64,000 bases of DNA from Pseudomonadota bacterium. Lineage in GTDB: Bacteria > Desulfobacterota > Desulfobacteria > Desulfobacterales > JBDRRP01. Under the pieces are notes generated by a model. The model was given only the letters and a program-made list of their open reading frames with translations, did no database searches and had not been told where the DNA came from. How positions within the stretch are numbered: position 1 is the first letter of the stretch; each line of letters starts with the position of its first letter. Below, piece after piece: positions 58,201-64,000 of the stretch. Both the position numbers and the translations under genes were made by a program. The stretch lies in NCBI GenBank assembly GCA_043825735.1, contig JBDRRP010000009.1, positions 1 to 64,000 of the forward strand. Direction: 5' to 3'.

Positions 58201-58429
58201 GGCAGCTCCTGTGGTGGTGTGTGTTCCCCTTTTGATCGTCTTTGATGCGACGCCGTCAGGTGGGCGTGGCATCAGGCTGTTGGCCCGGTCGCGGATGCGT
58301 CGTGTCAGGACAACCGGGGCGCAAGGCCATCATACCCGGATGCGGTCGTGTCAGTAAAGGGCATTTAAAGGCGCTGCCAGGGCCGGGGGCACCTGGAGAC
58401 TGCCCCGGGCGGCGGGGCTATGGCGCGCC

Positions 58430-59140
58430 TCAGGGTTTTTGACCCGCATGGATGGCCATGGTGCCGAACATCAAGGTGCGCCAGCGAAGACGGATCAGGC
58501 CCGCGCGGCGCATTACCGCGGCCAGTGCCGGCGGGAGGAGAAACCGGTGCGTGGATTCGGGAAGGTAGGTGTAGGCCGCGTCATCGCCGGAGATGAAGCG
58601 CCCCATCAGGGGGATGATCCGGGTCATGAAGACCCTGACCATCGGGCTGATAACGGTCTGCGGTGGTGGGGTCGTGTCCAGGCAGACCACCCGTCCGCCC
58701 GGAGCCGTGACGCGCACCTGCTCGCGAAAGGCGGCCTCGGCGCTTCGGACGTTGCGGATCAGGTAACCGGAGACCACCGCATCGAAGGTATTGTCGGCAA
58801 AGGGCAGATGCAGGGCGTCTGCTGCGCACCACAGGAGCCGATCGCCCCGGGCACGACGACGGCCCACCTGCATCATTTCCGGGGTAAAATCCGCACAGAC
58901 CACGCGCCGGTTACCGCTGTCGGACACGATTTCCCGACCGATGCCACCGGTGCCGGCGCCGATGTCCAGCACCTGTCCGCCGGCGGGGATGGCCGCTGCG
59001 GCGACTACAGCCCGGCGCCATGCGGTATCCTGGCCAAAAGTCATGAGCCGGTTCATGAGGTCGTAGTGGGGTGATATCCGGCTGAACATGGTCTGAATCT
59101 GGCGTCCCCAGTCTGCGGTCTTGTCGGTGGTCGGCGTCAT
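58430..59140 (-). CDS. ubiE: UbiE/MenG family quinone C-methyltransferase
   Basis: 'MFSRISPHYDLMNRLMTFGQD..WRR', 'LDIGAGTG', 'ADALHLPF.DNTFD' and 'AYTYLPES'. Confidence 0.9.
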   Translation of the reverse strand: MTPTTDKTADWGRQIQTMFSRISPHYDLMNRLMTFGQDTAWRRAVVAAAAIPAGGQVLDIGAGTGGIGREIVSDSGNRRVVCADFTPEMMQVGRRRARGDRLLWCAADALHLPFADNTFDAVVSGYLIRNVRSAEAAFREQVRVTAPGGRVVCLDTTPPPQTVISPMVRVFMTRIIPLMGRFISGDDAAYTYLPESTHRFLLPPALAAVMRRAGLIRLRWRTLMFGTMAIHAGQKP

Positions 59141-59172
59141 CGGTCGTTTCGCCTCTGGTGTTCGGTTCGTCG

Positions 59173-60537
59173 TTATTCGATCTCCCCCTTTGCCAGCCGT
59201 TTGAGACGGGTTAGCACTTCCCAGGAAAACCCGTCGCTGAGGCAGGGGAACACCGCGTTGTTGGTGGTGACCGGGTCGGCGGCCAGGTCGTAGCGGGAGG
59301 CCGTGCATGCGGACTGCCACAACGGTGTTCCGGGGATGGGGGTGTAGTGGGCCAGCACCGGGGTGACGCCGCCGCGGCGGGCCAGTCGGATCATATTTTC
59401 GATCTCGGCGATGGTCTGCCCCGGCAGACCGGCCAGGATATAGGCCCCCAGTTGGCCGCTGTCGAAGCCGGCCGCACGAAGGTGGGACACCGCGGTGAGA
59501 AACGCTTCTTCGGAGACTTTCCGGTCCAGGTGCCGGTGCGCCGTGAAGTCCATGGTTTCCAGTCCCAGGCGAATGGTGGCAAAACCGGCGCGTTTCATAA
59601 GGCGCGCGATGTCCCCTGTGATGAAGCGCAGGTGCAGGGCGTTTGGGGTGTGAAACCGAATGTTGCCATTTTCGCGGATCACCCGTTCGAGTACCGGCAT
59701 CAGGTGTGTTTCGGCGTCCACCAGAAGCGCATCGTCGTAGAAGACCACATCCCTGAGGCCGGTGCGGCGTTGCCAGTAAAAGATCTCTTCGGCAACATGC
59801 CCGGGGCTGCGCCGCAGCCATCCGGGGTTCAACAGCCGGGAGGCGCAGTAATCGCAGGCAAAGGGGCAGCCCCTGCCGGTGAGCAGCGGCAGGCTGGTCA
59901 TGCGGTGCTGAAGATCGAGAACCGGGTACGGCCAGCTGTCCATGTCCGCCGGATCGAACCGCGGGGCGGCGCGAAAGCCGGTGACAGCCGCTACCAGGTC
60001 CAGTATCCGGTCCTCGGCCATCCCGCCGACGACGCGATCGGCTCCGCTGTGCGCCCGGGCGTGCGCGGTGTTCAGGGTCGCGTAGATCCCGCCCAGGATG
60101 ACCGGCACCTGGGGAAACGCCGTTTTGATTTCACGAATGGTTTCGACGACGCCGGGGTACCAATAGGTCATGAGGGATGTGACCAGCACCAGATCGGGCC
60201 GGGGCAAACGGGCCAGGTCCTGGCGCAACGCATCCACCGGGATGCCGTAGCGGCTGTAAGTCCGGGAGATGTCCGACAGGACTGCGGGCTTGGGGATGGC
60301 AACCTTGCGATAGGGCCCGCGTCCCTGGCGGCGGTCGTTTTCCTTTTGAGGACCTGACGGGTGGAATCGGTCCAGACAATCAATAAAGGATACGCGCATT
60401 CCATGGTGGCGCAGGATGCCTCCCAAGCTCAAGAGTCCCAGGGGTTTTGCCCAGAAGTCGTAGGCGGCAAAATCGTGAATCCAGGGGTTGACCAGCAGGA
60501 TGTGGGGGGCGGTGCGATCTGTGGGCAGGGGGGGCAT
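59173..60537 (-). CDS. B12-binding-domain radical SAM protein
   Basis: 'LLVNPWIHDFAAYDFWAKPLGL', 'TSLMTYWYPG', 'ILGGIYA', 'RGCPFACDYC' and 'FYDD'. Confidence 0.88.
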   Translation of the reverse strand: MPPLPTDRTAPHILLVNPWIHDFAAYDFWAKPLGLLSLGGILRHHGMRVSFIDCLDRFHPSGPQKENDRRQGRGPYRKVAIPKPAVLSDISRTYSRYGIPVDALRQDLARLPRPDLVLVTSLMTYWYPGVVETIREIKTAFPQVPVILGGIYATLNTAHARAHSGADRVVGGMAEDRILDLVAAVTGFRAAPRFDPADMDSWPYPVLDLQHRMTSLPLLTGRGCPFACDYCASRLLNPGWLRRSPGHVAEEIFYWQRRTGLRDVVFYDDALLVDAETHLMPVLERVIRENGNIRFHTPNALHLRFITGDIARLMKRAGFATIRLGLETMDFTAHRHLDRKVSEEAFLTAVSHLRAAGFDSGQLGAYILAGLPGQTIAEIENMIRLARRGGVTPVLAHYTPIPGTPLWQSACTASRYDLAADPVTTNNAVFPCLSDGFSWEVLTRLKRLAKGEIE

Positions 60538-60543
60538 TAGCGG

Positions 60544-61023
60544 CTATTGGTCATCATCGTCGAAATAGGCCATGGAGGTTTTTTTGAGCTCTTTGCGGCT
60601 AAAGAGCAGCGTATAGTCCGAGATGCCGGTTTTCCGGGACATTTCCGCGGCCATGGTGTGGCAGGCCGCTTCGCTGGCGGCATGGATCATGGTGTACAGG
60701 TTGTAGGGCCAGTCTTTTGCCGGAGGGCGGCAGTAGCAGTGGGTCACCGTATCGAAGGCGGCCATGACGGGGCCCACAACTTCGACCCGGTCGGTGTCGA
60801 CCTGCCAGGCCACCATGGCGTTGGCGGAAAACCCCGACTTTTGATGGCGCAAAGTGGCGCCGAATCGGCGGATGACACCGCGATCGCACAGGTCCCTCAG
60901 CGCCTCGAGCAGGTCCGTTTCAGAGATTCCCAGATCCCGGGCGATGCCCTCGTAGGGCCGGGCTACGATGTCGATGTCGCCCTGGATGGCGGAGATGATG
61001 CGTTTTTCAATGTCATTGAGCAT
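60544..61023 (-). CDS. ahbB: Siroheme decarboxylase subunit (AhbB/NirH-like, Lrp/AsnC fold)
   Basis: 'GVIRRFGATLRHQKSGF.ANAMVAW', 'VTHCY.R....WPYNLYTMIH' and 'ELKKTSM.YF'. Confidence 0.85.
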   Translation of the reverse strand: MLNDIEKRIISAIQGDIDIVARPYEGIARDLGISETDLLEALRDLCDRGVIRRFGATLRHQKSGFSANAMVAWQVDTDRVEVVGPVMAAFDTVTHCYCRPPAKDWPYNLYTMIHAASEAACHTMAAEMSRKTGISDYTLLFSRKELKKTSMAYFDDDDQ

Positions 61024-61129
61024 GGGCCGGGTTTAAAATGGCGTGCCGGTGATGTCAAGGGATATCGCTGGCCGTCGGGTGCCGTGAAACGATGCCGTGA
61101 CTGCCGTATGGGCAGGTGGTCATAGGGAC

Positions 61130-61158
61130 TTGACCTACTTGGTCTGAATGGGTATGGT
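61130..61158 (+). promoter_or_regulatory. Sigma70 promoter of the TA operon with overlapping palindromic operator
   Basis: TTGACC-N17-TATGGT, with a GACC-N5-GGTC palindrome at 61132-61144. Confidence 0.55.
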
Positions 61159-61192
61159 TGATCTATTCATGAACCCAAAAGTGGAGGGCAAG

Positions 61193-61426
61193 ATGATTGT
61201 CAATGTGTCAGAAGCGAAAACGAACCTTTCGAAACTGATCGACATGGCTTTTCATGGCGAGGAGGTGATCATCGCCAAGAACAATCTGCCACTGGTTGAA
61301 TTGGTGGTCTATAAACCCAAAGCGAAGCGCAAACTGGGCTTGCTGGCGGGCCAACTCCAGATTCCTGATGACTTTTTGGATGAGGATGAGGAAATCAATG
61401 CCATGTTCTATGGGGGGCAGCCATGA
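61193..61426 (+). CDS. Type II antitoxin, Phd/YefM family
   Basis: 'VNVSEAKTNLSKLI....GEEVIIAK...P...LV'. GGAGG RBS. Confidence 0.92.
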   Translation: MIVNVSEAKTNLSKLIDMAFHGEEVIIAKNNLPLVELVVYKPKAKRKLGLLAGQLQIPDDFLDEDEEINAMFYGGQP

Positions 61427-61794
61427 AAATTCTGGTCGATACCCATATCTTTTTATGGATGTTGTCGTGTCCTGAAAAACTTACCGATAAAAGACGTTAT
61501 GAGCTGGAGTCTCCGGCAAATGAAATCTACCTAAGCGCCATGAGTATTGCAGAGCTGATGATCAAACAGTCCATCGGCAAAATTCGTGTTGAGTACGATC
61601 CGATTGAAATGGCAGAGAACATGGGGCTCGAGATCCTTAGCTTTTCAGGTGCCGCCGCCAAGGCGTTGGGGCAATTGCCGCTTCACCATAAAGATCCATT
61701 TGACCGGATGCTCATTGCGCAATCCCTTGTCCACAAGCTGGCCTTGATGTCTGATGACCCCAAGTTTCTGGAATATGACTGCAGTATTATTTAG
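61423..61794 (+). CDS. vapC: Type II toxin, VapC/PIN family
   Basis: 'ILVDTHIFLW', 'SAMSIAE' and 'HKDPFDRMLIAQ'. ATGA overlap with the antitoxin. Confidence 0.92.
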   Translation: MKILVDTHIFLWMLSCPEKLTDKRRYELESPANEIYLSAMSIAELMIKQSIGKIRVEYDPIEMAENMGLEILSFSGAAAKALGQLPLHHKDPFDRMLIAQSLVHKLALMSDDPKFLEYDCSII

Positions 61795-61920
61795 TGCCCA
61801 TCCATAAACGACATCTGTCGGCCCCCGGCGGCGTTCTCACTCGTCTTTAATCCAGGCTATTCCTGTTGTTGAAGGCTCGTTCGGGCCTTGCCGGGAACCA
61901 AAATCTACCATTCATAGAGG
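61792..61920. mobile_element. MITE family A copy with decayed right end
   Basis: Starts TAGTGCCCATCCATAAACG and contains 'gccttg..gaaccaaaatctaccatt' as in the 26459 copy. Confidence 0.65.
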
Positions 61921-62158
61921 GTTGGATTTCCAGAGGCGTCTTTTCAGGGTCGGAAAAAGAAGAGTACGTGGCCGCTGAAACTTTTAAGAACAAGGACGGG
62001 TAATTTTTGGTTGGTTATGGTCGGAATTGGTTAGTATCGTCATATATATTTGTGATCTTATTGACTCTGAAAACCCATGATATATATAAAATGACATCAG
62101 CCGCTTTTGGCATTTGCTTCTATCTGTTTCTTTTCTGTATTTGAACCGGAGGTAAAAG

Positions 62159-63034
62159 ATGAAGAGAGCATTATTCCTGTTACTGCTGTTATCGGTCTGC
62201 TGCGCCACCCGATCCATGGCCGGAGAGCCGACCTATCGCCAGGGTTACGATATTTTCATTGAAACCGGGGTTACTCAGCCTGATCGGGTTCCGGCCTGGT
62301 TTGCACCCATGGTTGCCCAGCCCTTTGCGCCGGTTTTTGAGATACTTGCCACGCGGGGAACCCAGGGACGCTACTATCCTTACACTTATGCCATAACGAT
62401 CAAAGATATGATCAAATTTCACGGCCACGACTGTGAGGGAATCAGTCACGTGGCCTGCTGCTGCAAGGTGGCCTTTGAGGTCCTCTTTCCCGATGGCATC
62501 ATCGACCGCAGTGTTTTGTGGGGCATTACCGGAAGTTCCCCCTGCTGGTCCGACGGTGTCGCATTTTTGACGGGTGCAAGGCTGCAATATGGCAACCTGG
62601 CCTTCTTCAAGGAAAAGAAATACGGCCATGCCATCATTCTCTATCGGGAGGACACCGGCCAAGCGGTCATGGCCACCTGGAAACACGGCATCGACAACAT
62701 CCCTGGCGAACCGGCCGTCTTGCCGGAAAAAATCGCCTGGACGCCGGTGGTGGATATGCAGGAAGTGCTGGATTTGAAAAAGGTTGTGAAAGCGGCCGGC
62801 GGGAACCCGGACCCGTACCAGGTGGATCTGATGCGTTTCTACCAGTACCGGCACATAAACGACATTCTGTCGCGGCCGCTAACAGAGAGTTATCAGACCA
62901 AAATTATCGAAAATTTCAAATGGTCTGACTGGGTTGATAGCGAAAAGGTCGTCCCCAAGCCCCATCAGCGGGGAGATATCCGCCTGAAAAACTACCCCTA
63001 TCGCACCAAACCAGTCGTCGGCCCCAAGGGGTAG
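62159..63034 (+). CDS. FmdE-family metal-binding protein with signal peptide
   Basis: 'KFHGHDCEG' (HxHxC), 'SPCWSDGVAFLTGAR' and an N-terminal signal. GGAGG RBS. Confidence 0.8.
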   Translation: MKRALFLLLLLSVCCATRSMAGEPTYRQGYDIFIETGVTQPDRVPAWFAPMVAQPFAPVFEILATRGTQGRYYPYTYAITIKDMIKFHGHDCEGISHVACCCKVAFEVLFPDGIIDRSVLWGITGSSPCWSDGVAFLTGARLQYGNLAFFKEKKYGHAIILYREDTGQAVMATWKHGIDNIPGEPAVLPEKIAWTPVVDMQEVLDLKKVVKAAGGNPDPYQVDLMRFYQYRHINDILSRPLTESYQTKIIENFKWSDWVDSEKVVPKPHQRGDIRLKNYPYRTKPVVGPKG

Positions 63035-63399
63035 TTTGCACCGAACCCGGAAGGCATCGTGCGTATTCTCCGGCACCGCCTCAAAGCGCTTCGGGATTAT
63101 CTACGAAAGTAAGGTTTTCCAGTAGTCGCCGGCGTCGCAGGCATCCTCTTTTTCGGCCCCGCCAGCAAAAGGCTTTTTTAGCATTACCGCCGGCGCAGGG
63201 ATAAAGGATTTGACCGTCAGCAGGCGATTTACATCGCCGTTCAAGCCGCCATTTCTTTGCGCCGGGTCCGATCACACTGCGGCGGCGGGCTGCTGATAGC
63301 AATCATTAGAAGAAGCCGATGCCGAAAAAGAGGATACCTGCGACACCCATTCGTTCAAACATTTATTTTGTAGATAGTCCCGAAACGCTTTGGACCCCC

Positions 63400-64000
63400 T
63401 TACCGGATTGGGTCTTCCTCCGGTCCGGGATCGGCGGGATGCTCTGGCAGTGACGTGCTATCGGCCGGGTCGGGTTCTTTTTTCCCCTTGAGCCATTCGG
63501 TCAACCGGTCGAAGAGGTAGAAGAACAGCGGCACGTAGAGCATGGCGAGCGTGGTTTCGCCGATCATCCCACCGATGATGCCGGTGCCGATGGAATGGCG
63601 CGCGTTGGCGCCGGCACCGGTGGCCAGGGCCAGGGGAAGCACGCCGAAGGCAAATGCCAGCGAGGTCATGATGATGGGCCTCAGCCGCTGCTCGCCGGCT
63701 TCGATGGTCGCATCGATGAGCGATTTGCCCGCCTTTCGCAGCTCGACGGCAAACGAAACGCGCAAGATGGCGTTTTTGGCCCCGAGGCCGATGAGCACCA
63801 GTAGTCCGATCTGGAAGTAGACATCGTTTTCCAGCCCGCGCAGCCAGTTGGCTGCCAGTGCACCGAGAATGCCGAAGGGGACTGCCGTCATGACGGCGCC
63901 GGGAAGGGTCCAGGACTCGTACTGGGCCGCGAGGACGAGAAAAACGATGATCAGACCGAAGACGAATGCGATGGTCGAAGTGCCGCCGGATTGCTTCTCC
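63400..64000 (-). CDS. HAE1 family RND efflux permease (AcrB-like), C-terminal part; continues beyond the window
   Basis: 'AAQYESW' upstream in frame, '[22 protein letters not shown]' and '[19 protein letters not shown]'. Confidence 0.95.
   Translation of the reverse strand, partial: EKQSGGTSTIAFVFGLIIVFLVLAAQYESWTLPGAVMTAVPFGILGALAANWLRGLENDVYFQIGLLVLIGLGAKNAILRVSFAVELRKAGKSLIDATIEAGEQRLRPIIMTSLAFAFGVLPLALATGAGANARHSIGTGIIGGMIGETTLAMLYVPLFFYLFDRLTEWLKGKKEPDPADSTSLPEHPADPGPEEDPIR

Noticed and set aside
62036..62095. ModE-like box upstream of the FmdE-like gene
   Set aside because: Only half-site resemblance (ATCGTCATATATA), with wrong spacing to the second TATATA. It may be just an AT-rich promoter.
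61130..63400. Genomic island or prophage around the TA module
   Set aside because: GC is locally lower, but there is no integrase, tRNA target, att repeat or phage gene.

Overview
GC-rich bacterial chromosomal window, most consistent with a sulfate-reducing Desulfobacterota/Desulfobacterales-type organism (inferred from AhbB-like protein, rubrerythrin, ZraP/S/R, TAXI-TRAP and FmdE-like protein). It holds about 52 CDSs. I saw no rRNA, tRNA, CRISPR array, transposase or integrase. Best candidate new system: a tightly coupled minus-strand operon (18221-26394) of ThiF/E1-like adenylyltransferase, a PP-loop/AANH ATP-pyrophosphatase with a RRE-like N-terminus, an HATPase-GNAT fusion, a stand-alone carboxyltransferase, an acyl-CoA ligase and an MFS exporter, with a KAS III upstream. 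It looks like an uncharacterised small-molecule biosynthetic cluster. A second candidate (1864-12770) is a catabolic cluster of BKACE, IclR, TAXI-TRAP, class III and class IV aminotransferases and an FAD/Fe-S oxidoreductase, possibly for an acidic beta-amino acid. Intergenic DNA is crowded with nested non-autonomous repeats: TIR-bounded MITE families with swappable palindromic cargo, a MITE pair inverted around nadA, and 7/8/9-mer arrays captured as protein C-terminal tails. Also found: a frameshifted sulfatase, a microhomology-collapsed MASE3-like gene remnant and an uncalled 33-aa Lys-rich ORF. All family assignments come from motif recognition by eye; no database searches were run.
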